A DNA stretch of 64,000 nucleotides from Eledone cirrhosa (Eukaryota): NCBI GenBank assembly GCA_964016885.1, contig OZ024750.1, forward strand, positions 45,880,001 through 45,944,000. Reading direction: 5' to 3'. Numbering within the stretch: the first letter of the stretch is position 1; the number at the start of each line of letters is the position of its first letter. This document shows, piece by piece, positions 38,690 to 52,640 of the stretch. Made by a program: the position numbers and the translations under genes. The notes beneath the pieces were generated by a model, which was not told the DNA's origin, did not search any database, and was given only the letters and a program-made list of their open reading frames with translations.

Positions 38690-39160
38690 GGTAAGTTATG
38701 AAGAAGATAGGCGAATGAAATTGAAAGAAATTAAGAAAGAAGGATGGTAAGTTATGAAGAAGATAGTACAATGAAATTGAAAGAAATTAAGAAAGAAAGG
38801 AGGGTAAATTATGAAGAAGATAATACAATGAAATTGAAAGAAATTAAGAACGAAAGAAGGAGGGTAAGTTATGAAGAAGATAATACAATGAAATTGAAAC
38901 AAATTAAGAAAGAAAGAAGAACAGTAAGTTATGAAGAAGATAAGAGAATAAAATTGAAAGAAAGTAAGAAAGAAAGAAGGAGGATAAGTTATGAAGAAGA
39001 TAAGAGAATGAAATTGAATTAAAGTAAGAAAGAAAGAAGGAGGATAAGTTATGAAGAAGATAAGAGAATGAAATTGAAAGAAAGTAAGAAAGAGAGAAGA
39101 ACGGTGAGTTATGAATAAGATAAGAGAGTAAAATTGAAAGAAAGTAAGAAAGAAAGTTAG
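38690..39160. repeat. ~60-bp purine-rich tandem repeat (~8 units)
   Basis: AAGTTATGAAGAAGATAAGAGAATGAAATTGAAAGAAAGTAAGAAAGAAAGAAGG recurs at 56-60 bp spacing. Confidence 0.85.
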
Positions 39161-39243
39161 GAAGAAAGAAACGAAGAATGAGGATGAAGAAATGGAGGAT
39201 AAAGGAAGAAATGTAACAGCTGAATTAAGAAAGGTGCTGGAGA

Positions 39244-39436
39244 AATAATGATTTTTACTTTTGGCACAAAGCCAGTAATTATCTCAGTGTATTACTGCTA
39301 CTTCATTTTATCGACCCCGTAAGGATGAAAGGCAAAGTTTAACCTCGGCGGGATTTGAACTCAGTATGGCAAGGGCCGTAACTCTACGCATCAAAGCATG
39401 GCGTCCGACCCTCTACCGATACTGCCAATCCATCGC
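39244..39436 (-). mobile_element. SINE family B
   Basis: Reverse complement of the family B core. Confidence 0.75.
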
Positions 39437-41089
39437 TGTGCTAGAGTAATAATGTATAATAGACTGCAATGGTTGAAGACTAATCAACGAACAGCTAACT
39501 TCTGGTAAAACATAAAAGACTAACACAAGAAAGTCTCCTCAACTCAGGGCAATTTGATATGTCAGTTTTGTTACCTGAAGCGCTAAGTTATGGGTCATAA
39601 ATACATATAAAAGCGAACAAACACACACATAGACAGACAGACGCATATATATGCATATCCTCGTGTTACCCTCTGTATCGGTATCTTTTCCGCGCCTTTT
39701 TTTCTTTTTCTCCTTTCTGTTTAATTTATTTTCTCTCTCCCCAATAACTTATAAACGTTATTGACGCACTGGGGATAGACATATTGTCTTTAATGCGTTT
39801 AACTGTCCGAGACCCCAACAGACAACTGAAGAGGGGACCTGTCCCTGGTTTGTATACGTAGGAGACAAAGCAAGTCGAATAGAACAGACATTGCTTCGGC
39901 TGTTTTCCCATTAACTCGATGGACAACTAAGTTCAAATTATTTAAATTCAAACCCAGCTGGCCAGAGTGCACCCTTTCGTTAATCAGTGAGTAAGACGAG
40001 TTCGTGAGGGTAAGATTATATGGTATCTGGACTGCTATAACAGTTTCCAAGACTGCTGGTCGTGCACCGAAAAGTGCAGCCATGTGCAGAACTTTAGGTA
40101 ATGACAGAACACATCAGGTAAACTAGACGTTGGAACGTTTCGTCAGCGGGAGTTCGCCTCTCTGTTAAGGAAAGACAATATCGCTTTCTAGCTCTCTCAG
40201 TTGATGGTGGAAAAGATTTCAAATTTTCTTAACATTTGTTTTAACTCGTTCCGCAACTCATGGTGTCTGACACTATTACCAGCTACATAGCCTCTTCCTT
40301 GTTTCTTCAGTCGGACGGTATGCGAGACACACTCGAAAATGTAAGTCGTGTTTTCGATTCATACTATATATTTTTGTTCTCAGTCCATTACCTTTCTTAC
40401 AATAAACTATTCTATAGGCCCCTCATTCCTAATTGAGTAATAGGGATGTCGTCTTGGACATAGAAGATAGTTTCCAGAGGGGAAAGAATGAAATCATAGT
40501 ACTAAACAGCTAATATATTAATAGACCATCAAAGAAAGGAAAAATTACGTTGACACCTGTGTTAATCTTTTTTTCTTTCTTTCAATTTATTCAAAAGCTA
40601 AAAAAAAAAAAAATTATTTAGTAAGAAAAAAAAGGGGGGGAAACAAAGGAAAGAAAGAATAGGGAAATATAGAAAAAAAAAGAAGAAAAAGAACGGGAGT
40701 GGATGGCAAGAGCTCTGGATTGAACTCAAGATCCAGTAGGAATGTTATAAAGCAATCTAGCCTATGACCTAACCACTCTGCAAATCCGCTTTTTTTATTT
40801 TGTGAAAAGAACAAAACAGCCTGAACATAAATTGGAAATCTAATTTAACAATTTAAACCTACAACCTTAGACAACATTAATCTGACCTCTGTGTATTCAT
40901 ATTTTACAGTGTTTAAACGAAACAGTACTCAATACCTGGTGTAGAATATATTGCTTGTTATATCTGTATCATTTTATTTGTTGGTGGTTGTTGTGCTCTT
41001 GATATCCGAGATATATTTGTGTAGTTGTCGCTACTGTTGTGATTTCTATTGTTGGTGTTGGGGGTGATAGTGATGGTCCTGGCGGTTGC

Positions 41090-43546
41090 AGGTGGTCATT
41101 GTGATGACGATGGTGGTGATGGTGGTGGTGGTTCTGGTGCTGGTGGTGATAGTCACAGTTGGATATTGTGATGACCGTGATGTTGATGGTGGTGGTGGTA
41201 ATGTTAGTGGTGATGGTGGTGATGGTTGTGGCGGTGGTGGTGATTGTGGTTGTGGTGGTCATGGTGGTAGTGTTTGTGGTGGTGGTGGTGGTGGTGGTAG
41301 TAGTGTTTGTGGTGGTGGTGGTAGTGGTTGTGGTGGTGGTAGTGGTTTTTGTGGTGGTGGTGGTAGTGGTTTTGGTGGTGGTAGTGGTTATGGTGGCGGT
41401 GGTGGTAGTGGTTGTGGTGGTGGTGGTTGTGGTGGTGGTGGTGGTGGTAGTAGTGGTTGTGCTGGTGGTGGTGGTGGTAGTGGTTGTGGTGGTGGTGGTG
41501 GATGTGGTTCTGGGTAGTGGTTGCGGTGGGGTGGTGGTGGTAGTGGTTATGGTGGTGGTGGTGGTAGTGGTTGTGGTGGTTGTAGTGGTTGTGGTGGTGG
41601 TAGTGGTTGTGGTGGTGGTAGTGGTTGTGGTTGAGGTGGTGTTGGTGGTGGTTGTGGTGGTGGTGGTGGTGGTAGTTGTGGTGGTGGTGGTGGTGGTAGT
41701 GGTTTTGGTGGTGGTGGTGGTAGTGGTGGTGGTAGTAGTTGTGGTGGTGGTGGCGGTGGTAGTGGTTGTAGTGGTGGTGGTGGTAGTGGTGGTGGTGGTA
41801 GAAGTTGTGGTAGTGGTGGTGGTAGTGGTTGTGGTGGTGGTAGTGGTTGTGGTGATGGTGTTGGTGGTTGTGGTGGTGGTGGTAGTGGTGGTGGTGGTGG
41901 TGGTGGTGGTGGTTGTTGTGGTGGTGGTGGTAGTGGTTGTGGTGGTGGTGTTGGTGGTTGTGGTGGTGGTGGTAGTGGTTTTTGTGGTGGTGGTGGTAGT
42001 GGTTTTGGTGGTGATAGTGGTTGTGGTGGTGGTGGTGGTAGTGGTTGTGGTGGTGATGATTGTGGTGGTGGTGGTGGTGGTAGTAGTGCTTGTGCTGGTG
42101 GTGGTGGTGGTAGTGGTTGTGGTGGTGGTGGTGGTGGATGTGGTTCTGGGTAGTGGTTGCGGTGGGGTGGTGGTGGTGGTAGTGGTTACGGTGGTGGTGG
42201 TGGTAGTGGTTGTGTTGGTTGTAGTGGTTGTGGTGGTGGTAGTGGTTGTGGTAGTGGTGGTGGTAGTGGTTGTGGTTGTGGTGGTGTTGGTGGTGGTTGT
42301 GGTGGTGGTGGTGGTGGTAGTGGTTTTGGTGGTGGTGGTGGTAGTTGTGGTGGTGGTGGTGGTGGTAGTGGTTTTGGTGGTGGTGGTGGTGGTAGTGGTT
42401 TTGGTGGTGGTGGTGGTTGTGGTTGTTGTGGTGGTGGTGGTAGTGGTTTTGGTGGTGGTGGTGGTAGTTGTGGTGGTGGTGGTGGTAGTGGTTTTGGTGG
42501 TGGTGGTGGTAGTGGTTGTGGTGGTGGTGGTGGTTGTGGTTGTTGTGGTGGTGGTGGTAGTGGCTGTGGTGGTCGTGGTGGTAATGTTTGCGGTGGTGGT
42601 AGTGGTTGTGGTGGTTATGGTGGTAGTGTTTGTGGAGGTGGTGGTGGTAGTGGTTGTGGTGGTGGTGGTTGAGGTTTTGGTGGTGGTGGTGGTTCTGGTT
42701 GTGGTGGTTGTGGTGGTAGTGGTTGTGGTGGTGGTGGTGCTGTTGGTAATGGTAGTGATTATGGTGGTGGTGGTGGTGGTGGTGGTGGTGGTGGTGGTTT
42801 TAATGGTAGTGGTTGTGGTAGTGGTGATGGTGGTGGTCGTAGTGGTTGTGTTGGTGGTGGTGGTGGTGGTGGTGGTGGTGGTAGTCGTTGTGTTGGTGGT
42901 GGTGGTGGTTGTGGTGGTGGTGGTGGTAGTGGTTGTCGTGGTGGTTGTGGTATGGTTGTTAGTGGTGGTGGTGGTGGTGGTAGTGGTTGTGGTGGTGGTG
43001 GTGGTGGTGATAATGGTTGTGGTAGTGGTGGTAATGGTAGTGTTTGTGGTGGTAGTGGTTGTAGTTGTGGTGGTGGTGGTGGTAGTGGTGGTGGTGGTGG
43101 TAATGGTAGGGTTTGTGGTGATGGTTGTGGTGGTGGTGGTGGTGGTGCCTTGGGTTGTACTTGTGGTGGTGGTGGTGGTGTCTGTGGTTGTGGTGGTGGT
43201 GGTGGTGGTGGTGGTGGTGGTGGTGGCGCGGCTGGCACTGGTTATGGAGGTGGTGGTGGAGGTGGTGGCGGTGGCTGTGGTTGTGGTGGTGGTGGTGGTG
43301 GTGGTGGTGATGGATGTGTTTCCGTTGTTGCAATTAGTGATAGTGCTATTGGACCTGATATCAATGTTGTTTTTGATGGTCGTCGTAGTAGTAACGGTGG
43401 TGGTGGTGGCGGTGGTGGTGGCGGCGGCGGTGGAGACGGTTGTGGTGGTGGTGTTGGTGTCGGTTATGGTTCTAGTGGTGGTGTGTTGGTAGTGGTGGTG
43501 GTTTTAGTAGTCGTGGTGGTCGTGTTTGTGGTGGTGCTGGTAGTGG

Positions 43547-43578
<32 letters not shown>

Positions 43579-43680
43579 TCGTTGGTGTGGATGGAGGTGT
43601 TTGTATTTTTGGAGGTGGTGTTGGTGGTGATAGTTGTAGTTGTTGCTGCTGGTGGTGGTAGTGTTAGTGTTGTTTTTTGT
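41090..43680. repeat. Compound (GGT/AGT/TGT)n triplet repeat with an internal ~640-bp duplication
   Basis: Marker GGATGTGGTTCTGGGTAGTGGTTGCGGTGGGG at ~41500 and ~42137. Confidence 0.85.
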
Positions 43681-44130
43681 GTTGTATTTCCTTTTAATCT
43701 CACTACACATGATAACGTTTGTTTCTGTAGGAAATATTATTAATTTCAAACATAACAGCAAGTCTTGTATCTAAACATATCGCCAACGGAACTACATATT
43801 ATCGACATTAACTCAAGTCACACACACACACATCATATACATATACACCCACCCATATACAATGTGTATGTATGTATAATATTTGTATAAGTGTGTGTAT
43901 ATACAGAAAGAGCAGAGGCTGCGCAATGTTTAGGTCTATTTGTATAATTGTTTGTATAATTTTTCAATATATTTAATAATAATCATTGTACATTATTATA
44001 CATACATGTACTGATATACACACCTATACACAAACTACATCCACATCCAAACATACAAACGTGCACGCACACACCCATAAACACACACATACACACACAC
44101 ACATATGAATATATATATATATATTTCCAC

Positions 44131-44173
<43 letters not shown>

Positions 44174-44192
44174 ATATGTATTTATATAGTGG

Positions 44193-44226
<34 letters not shown>

Positions 44227-44227
44227 C

Positions 44228-44275
<48 letters not shown>

Positions 44276-44323
44276 ATATATATATGTATAAAACACAGAG
44301 CTGGCATATCTAAGAACTGACTA

Positions 44324-44379
44324 ACTGCCTGATGAGGTCATACCCATTCAATGGCTATCATCGAAATATATATAGCAGT
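44324..44379 (+). ncRNA. Type I hammerhead in a short (TA)n-embedded insert
   Basis: ACTGC-CTGATGA-GGTcATAcCCAT tca ATGGcTATcATC-GAAA-TATATA-TA-GCAGT. Confidence 0.8.
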
Positions 44380-44791
44380 AAATAAAGGATTATGAGTTCA
44401 TGCAATTGACTTATGTTTTCGTCACTATATATATATATGTATATATATACATTTATATATGTATACATATATATATATATATATGTATATATGTGTGTAT
44501 ATAAGTATATATATATAAATGTATGTATGCAATCATGGTGTCTGTGTACACATGTATGTGTGTGTTTGTGTGTTGTGTGTATATGTAAGTGTATATATAT
44601 GTGTATATGTATGCATATAAACAGGTGTGCATGCATTCATATGAAGACTTTCTATGGAATGTAGATAATTATGTACAAGAAGGCAAATATGCTGTAAATA
44701 CGTACATACATACATAAATATACATTGTGTATATATATATATATATATGTATGTATGAGTGGGTGTATATGTATGTATGTATATATATATA

Positions 44792-44858
<67 letters not shown>

Positions 44859-45223
44859 GGTTTCCTCTGTGTATAACTTCGTTCTTATCTAATCTACGAA
44901 TGAAACCTCAGGTAGCAATTTACAAGTTTTCTTTCTTGTGTTTGGAAAAGTCCAATATTGATGTAGTATTTACATTGCTTCTGGCGAGTGAGCTCCCTTT
45001 GATTTTGCACGCAGTATACTATTTGCTGTAAACATGCAGTTTCTTACTTACTGGCTACATAAGTGTATGCAAACCATGAAGACCTATTTGTAAACAGACA
45101 AATCTTTAAATGGAGTTACCCCATGCAAACATATATGTAGACACATACACATTCTGTATCTTACATATATATATATTCATAATGTTATTCATATATAATA
45201 TATGTGTATATATATATATTGTT

Positions 45224-45432
45224 GAAGGCACGTGACTGAGGTGGTTAGAGAATTGGATTCGCAAACTGAGGCTGTGTGTTCGATTCCCGGACCGGGTGGT
45301 GCGGCCTTCGGCAAGACACTTTATTTCGGGTTGCCCCTTCTACCTGGAGTTGCGACCGATAGAGAGTATCAGAAATGAGAAAGACCAATGGAAACATTGT
45401 TTCCTCGGTCCGATTTGATGAAAGTCGATTGT
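45224..45432 (+). mobile_element. SINE family A
   Basis: Homologous to 1866-2090. Confidence 0.75.
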
Positions 45433-45438
45433 CTGTGG

Positions 45439-45489
<51 letters not shown>

Positions 45490-46721
45490 TGTATGTGTGT
45501 GTATGTATATTTGTATATATTTAATGTCTGTAGGAGTTAACGAAGTTTTACATTCGTAATGTTTTTATTGTATATCGTATGTTTCGCAGATGAATGGCTC
45601 AATAAACCTCACCCACTCTCCATTTGGTTGTCAGCTGCTTGTCCTCAATTAAAGCAATATACGTATCTTAACTAATTACTAACACATGTGCTAATTATAC
45701 CCAAATTAGTACGTCCATTTCAGAATAATACTAATAGCGAATGGATATATAAGATCACCAAATATATGTTTCTTTGTGATTGTTCGGATGATCTAATTAA
45801 TAAGGCTTAATTAGGTTCGGACATCAATTAAAGCAGTTTATCATTTTTTTTTCAATTTACAGAGAAATTCGAATTTTCCGACATGGTCAGATACACATAT
45901 CTACAAAGTAGATATGTGTATATATTTATATTGATATTAGATCAGTTTCAGTGACCCTAAGTTTCTATATATTCAGGTTTAAAATTATTATGCATTTCGT
46001 TTGCTAACGACAAAATTCTAAGATCCAAAAGCAAAGATGGTAAATTTCTTAATGAAGTGAATGTTTTACCACATCCATTTTGTTCTTTGCAGATTACTTG
46101 CATTAGTCTCTATCCATTGCATCTGCATCTTTATTCAAATCTACAGGTTCTTTATTACTCTAAAGTCTGGTTGCTTCTTTCAAACCATTGTCCTTGTCAA
46201 ATGTGTATATTTCAATAATGGGTCCCCGCACCTTCACGTTCTGTCGTTCAATGTGCCCAAAGTATTTATTGAGATCATGAGACTTCTGTCAAAATTAGTT
46301 GTAGCAACATAACAATCCATAATTCTTATTATACCGAATTTGAACGAGAAGACAAATAATCTGAACTCAAGAGATGATTCTAACATAAAAAAAAATTAAT
46401 TATTTATAAAGATGAAATAGAAACATGTGTATGTATGTACGTATATATGTATGTATGTATGTTTGTATGTATAACTGTATGTATGTAAGCATGCACGTAT
46501 GTACGTATGTATGTTTGTATGTATAACTGTATGTATGTAAGTATGTAAGTATGCACGTATGTATGTATGTACGTATGTATGTTTGTATGTATAACTGTAC
46601 GTATGTATAACTGTATGTATGTAAGTAAGTATGCACGTATGTATGTATGTGCGTATGTATGTTTGTATGTATAACTGTATGTATGTATGTAAGTATGCAC
46701 GTATGCACGTATGTATGTATG

Positions 46722-47328
46722 TCACGTCACCAGTTGGTGCTACTGGTAACATGTATTCAAGTACCACCTGTCACATAGTCGGGTCGTTGGCGACTAAACT
46801 GGCAACCCCACCAAGGTTTCTTGGTGAGGAGGGTGATTTTGAACATCCTGCAGGACTAAAAACAAAATCTGTCAAAGGTCAAAGGAGCTCTTAAGAGTCA
46901 ATGGCCATCCAAAATCACCGGGAGAGATGACCCCTTAGCCTTAGTCAAGGCAGAATTCTAGGAGAATGAAAACTCTGATATAACACCTGCAACCCTGATG
47001 GTATCCAATGATGTAGAGTTGTTCTTCTTTTTGGTAAATATCATCTTGGTTAAGAGAATGGGACTGGCTTTGTGCAGTGCCTTTCTCACTATAAAAGCTT
47101 CACGGCACAGGCATTGCTTTATATCTGGAGATCTCCCTTTACTTGTCGTCACATGGTACCATGGCCCCAGCACTATGTGTCAATAATTGTCACAAGCGTA
47201 GTGTTTGTACCAGAGTTTTCAAGTCAATGGCTGGACTAAAAAGTCACACTCGTAGGGGTTCGGTAGGGGTTCTCCTACATGGATATAAAGTAGTGGCCGT
47301 ACTCGAAAACGAGTTGGCATCCACCATG
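46722..47328 (+). mobile_element. Bipartite RTE-derived non-autonomous element (5' UTR fused to 3' end), with (TATG)n tail/target
   Basis: CTAGGAGAATGAAAACTCTGAT..AACACCTGC resembles an RTE 5' UTR motif; the 3' part encodes VCTRVFKSMAGLKSHTR. Confidence 0.6.
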
Positions 47329-47394
47329 TATGTATGTAAGTATGTATGAATGTATGTATGTTATTCGTTTTGTATAAGTTTATAAATTGTTACC

Positions 47395-48650
47395 AATAGA
47401 AATAAAAAGAGAGAGAGTCGGTTTCTAACATAGTTACAAGACTCTCTCATTGGAATTTACACCACATCAACTTGGTAGATATGCATACATGTCTGCATGC
47501 ATCCATGTGTAGATATGGATGTTATTGTATGTGTGGATGTGTATGTTTTGAGTTGTATGTGTGCATGTGTATATGCTATGTATCTGAACAAGTGTATATG
47601 CAGTTATTAGATGGAGTATCTTTGGAATATTTTACATATATTTCCTGTTCCATTAATGGATTGTACTTTTAATTTCGCTAACTAGTTGTGTTCTTTCTGT
47701 TTCTCTGAAGCCCAGCTTCTCAGGATTTGTACTCAGGCAGTGTGTATATGTATGTATGTTCTTCTGGTTTAATAATTTCACAAATGTTAAAACCAGAACA
47801 TACATACATATATACACTGCCTCAGTACAATCCTCTATGTTTGCATGTATGTATGTCTAAATGTATGTATGTATGTCAGTATGTAAGCATGTATTTATAT
47901 AAGTATGTATGTACGTATGTATGTATAAATGCATGTATGTATGTCACTATGTAAGTATGTATGTATGTATGTATGTATGTATGTATGTATGTATGTATGT
48001 ATGTATGTATGTATGTATATTCTTCTAGTTTTATAATTTCACAATATTTTACCAATAGAGAGAGTGTCGGTTTCTAACATAGACACAAGATTCTCATTGG
48101 AATTTACACAGCATCAACTAAGTAGAATTGTTTGCATGTCTGATTGCATGTGTAGATATGGATGTTATTGTATGTGTGGATGTGGATGTTTTGAGTTGTA
48201 TGTGTGCCTGTGTATATGCTTTGTATCTGTATATGTGTATATGCAGTTATTAGATGCAACATTTTTGGAATGTTTTACATATTTTTACTGTTCCATTAAT
48301 GGATTGTACTTGTAATTTCCTAACTGGATGTGTTCTTTCTATTCCTGTGAAGCCTAGCTTCTCAAGATTTGTATTGAGGCAGTTACTAACATACCCCAGT
48401 GCCCCAATAATCACAGGCATAAATCTGAAGGTGTAATCAGGGTGGAGTATCTGCAGATTTCTCATCAGCTCTGCATAAATATTTTCCTTTTCGCTAACCT
48501 TTGATATTATATTGGCATCTGCTGTCCAGCTAACTTCCACTACTGTGCATGCTTTCTTTTCGCTGTCCCATATCATAATATTTTTTCTGTTATGCCTGCA
48601 TTTTATTGGGGTTTTTACTGGAATATTCCACCAGTACTCTTTCATATTAT
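47395..48650 (-). mobile_element. R4/Dong-like RLE retrotransposon composite (inverted paralog of 22910-23940)
   Basis: ORF 48250-48645 reads KEYWWN..HNRKNIMIWD..VEVS..EKENIY..PVIIGALG. Shares the hairpin and microsatellite spacers with 23460-23730. Confidence 0.78.
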
Positions 48651-49109
48651 GTATATATGTATGTATGTATGTTTGTATAAATGCATGTATGTATATATGT
48701 CAGTATGTAAGTATGTATGTATATATGTATGTACGTATGCATGTATGTATGTATTACGTTAGTCTGTATGTATGTATGTTAATATGTATATATATAATCT
48801 TTTTGGAGTGCAGCAAAGTGTGTCGATGATATTCTGGAGAGTCCTATGCAGCGCAGCTTGATAGACTAAACTGTTTCTATTGTTAAGCAATATTTAATTC
48901 TCATATTTTTTCTGTTGATTATCAGTCCTTAGTACAGCTCCAGACTTCCTCATTTACTGTGGCAAATATTTATACTATTTTCCCTATTTCAATGTCACAA
49001 TTATATATGAATGTTTATTGTACTGCAAACTGATTATGGGTACGGTATGGTGGTTTGCAAAATATAGAACCCTTATTTGCGAGAAACTGAATCATTTACT
49101 GGACACTCA

Positions 49110-50005
49110 TAATGGTTTCTGATTTAAGCGGAAAGCCAACAAATTTAAATAAGGAGAAAGTCGATTAAATCAACACGAGTGCGTTACTGGTACTTTATTT
49201 TATCGACCCCGTAATGATGAAAGGCAAAGCTAACCTCGACGGGATTCGAACACTCATAATCACTAGAAACATGTGACAGTGTGGATATATCTAAGGGTAT
49301 CCATGATCCCGGATGCAGAAATATGTCATGTGACTTCAATTCATGTCGTATGTTTTAATAAGATTCATCTTAAGAATCTGATGTAATTATCATTGAGATT
49401 TTTATTGAACTGTACTCGGTAAAATGGCGTTGATAAACCACGTGTGTGTTCATAATGGTTTCTGATTTCGGCTCAAGGCCAACAATTTCTGGGGAAAAGG
49501 ACAGTCGATTAAATCGAGCTCAGTTCGTTACAGGTACGTTATGTTATCAAGCACCTAATCATGAAAGGCGAAGCTAAACTCGGCGGGATTTGAACTTAAA
49601 ACGTAAAGGGTCGTAACTGTATGCAACGAAGCATGTTGTCCGACGCTCTACTGATCCTGCCAATCCACCGTGTTATATAAGTTCAAAATGTTCGATTTTA
49701 AAACATCTAACTTGTTGAAAGATTAATACATTTCAAAAGCAAATAACACAGGTTTTAGGTGTCTACACAATATAGAGATGTGTGATTAATTATGTGTGTT
49801 CTGGTAATGTGGAAAAACTGTATTTGGGTAATTATTCATATTGCATATGTATATGCAATCATTATTTCTGCGTAGTTACGTCCCTTTATGGTGTGAGTTC
49901 AAATCCCGCCGAGGTTAACTTTGCCTTTCATCCCTACGGGGTCGATAAAATAAAGTACCAGTAATGCACTGGATAATTTGCTGGCCTTGTGCCAAAAGTA
50001 AAAAC
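49110..50005. mobile_element. Three degenerate SINE family B copies (49110-49251 minus, 49452-49671 minus, 49872-50005 plus)
   Basis: Family B core motifs on the respective strands. Confidence 0.65.
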
Positions 50006-50620
50006 ATTTATTTCTCTAATATGATCACGGATATATATATATATATATATCCGTGATCATATATATATATATGTGTGTGTGTGTGCGTCTATATCTGTGT
50101 GTGTGTGAGTGTACGTGTGCATATGTGTGTATGTGTGTGATTGTGTATGTGTGTTTGTGGCTGTTAGTGCGTGTGTGTGTGTGGTTGTGTGTGTGTCTGT
50201 GTGAGTGTGAATGTAAAATATTTATTTATACGCCTCTGTATCTATAGGTGAGCGAATTTAAGTATGAGAGTGTATGTGTGTGTATGTGTGTGTGTATGCG
50301 TGTGTGTATGTGTCTGTGTGTGTGTTGTGCGTGTGCATGTGTGTGTGTAAAGTATATATTTATACGTCTCTATATCTATATGTGAGCAATAGTAAGTATG
50401 ACTGTCTGTGTGAGTGTCTGTGTGTTGTGTGTGTGTATGTATGTGTGTGTGTAAAGTATTTATTTCTACGTCTCTATATCTATAGGTGAGCAATAGTAAG
50501 TATGACTGTGTGTGTGTGTGTATGACTGTGTGTGTGTCTGTCTGTCTGTGCATTACAGCTTTGAGCACATAAAGAGATACGTGAAAAAAAGTATATAAAA
50601 ATATATATTTACATATATAA

Positions 50621-50713
<93 letters not shown>

Positions 50714-50872
50714 TGTGTGTGTGTGTATTTCTGTCTGTCTGTCTGTCAGTGTATGTGTGTGAGGGGTGGTATGTATGTTTAATCAGTGACAGAAAGTGAG
50801 AGGGGGCGACGCGCAAACAGTTTCTGATAGAAAAAAAACTTCTTCCTATATTTGTATTATTTCGTGTTTCTG

Positions 50873-50935
<63 letters not shown>

Positions 50936-51076
50936 TGGAAGTGCTCAATTGTGTATATATGTATGTATATATGTAGATATATATATATACATATTTACAT
51001 ATATATATACATATATATATACATATTTACATATATATACACATATATATATATATATATATATTCTGTTATTTTA

Positions 51077-51108
<32 letters not shown>

Positions 51109-51125
51109 ATATATGTTTACATAAA

Positions 51126-51167
<42 letters not shown>

Positions 51168-51499
51168 TAGATATAGATAGATATTCGAATACAGACATAC
51201 TTATATACTAACACACACACACACACACACACATGTATATATTAATTGTGTATATATGGGTATATTAACATGTATACATGGATGATAAGCGGAGTATGGT
51301 GTGTATATGAGAGTGTATATAATAGTGTATATACGTATAGAGTTGAACATGTAACCACAAAGCTGAAACATGTCAGTGGAGTTTATTGCTGCGACACAAT
51401 TCACTAATTAGTTGTTAATTGATTTAATTCTAATTACATGGAACTGCAGTTGAAAAAATTTATAGAAACATATATGGATTATCATATAAATCTCTCTCG

Positions 51500-51550
<51 letters not shown>

Positions 51551-51592
51551 CGTATATATATATATTTATATATGTATATATATATACACACA

Positions 51593-51678
<86 letters not shown>

Positions 51679-51715
51679 CGTATATATATATATATTTATA
51701 TATGTATATATATAT

Positions 51716-51767
<52 letters not shown>

Positions 51768-51830
51768 AAAAATTGAACAGGGACAGAACAGAGAGGCAGT
51801 ACGACAAATGTTTATTAGATTCACGCTCAG

Positions 51831-51878
<48 letters not shown>

Positions 51879-51937
51879 CTATATATATAGATATATAGAT
51901 ATTTATATATTTATATATGTATATATATATTTATATA

Positions 51938-52026
<89 letters not shown>

Positions 52027-52499
52027 ACATACATATATATATATGCATTATACATGCATTTTATACATGCATATGTAGATACCTTTAGAAAGACAGATAG
52101 GTAGGCAGAGAGAGAGAGAGAGAGAGAGAGAGTGAGAGAGAGAGAGAGAGACAGAGAGATAGAGAGAGAGAAGAAAATGTGTCTGTGTCTGTATATGAGT
52201 GTATGTATATACATCTATATTGATAAATACATGTATATTTATGTACATATATATATATATTTACATGTCTGTGTGTATATATATATATATATATATATAC
52301 ACGTACAGTAAATATACATACACCATACATACATCCATACAAGTAAAACCTTATGTAAATCGTGTAAATATAAATAAATATATAATAATAACGATAATAA
52401 TAAATACTCCCAAAAATATATAGAAATTGTAATCTTTATTTTCTTTTGAAATTTCCTGTTTGTTGCTTGGTTTTTCTTGTGTTGTTTTGTGTTTTAATG

Positions 52500-52640
52500 A
52501 AAGAAAACGAGCGGTTAATATGGCCGCCGGATCTTCGTTACACCGCGACACTTCCGAGGTGTAGAAGAAGTGTGTAGTTTTGTTTAACGTGTCTCTAACG
52601 TTTGTTACTTCTGTTGTTTTCGACAAGCTAGTAAGTGGTG
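52500..52640 (+). promoter_or_regulatory. Possible host promoter / non-coding first exon
   Basis: Unique CpG-rich patch with YY1-like AATATGGCCGCC, ETS-like ACTTCCG and a downstream donor-like GTAAGT (~52631). Confidence 0.3.

Noticed and set aside
41086-43743. Gly/Cys/Ser-rich (loricrin-like) or 777-aa poly-Val ORFs
   Set aside because: The Gly frame is broken by frameshifts and stops that recur with the internal duplication, and poly-Val is implausible. It is best explained as a compound triplet repeat, though an exon fragment cannot be fully excluded without RNA data.
44853-44920. Half-hammerhead GAAA-CCTCAGG-TA with a short upstream inversion (similar partial motifs at ~6977, ~45575 minus and ~51365)
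   Set aside because: No CTGANGA core or stem I partner is visible, and such short matches can arise by chance.
46030-46370. Possible minus-strand exon
   Set aside because: Every minus-strand frame I read has stop codons and there is no recognisable motif.
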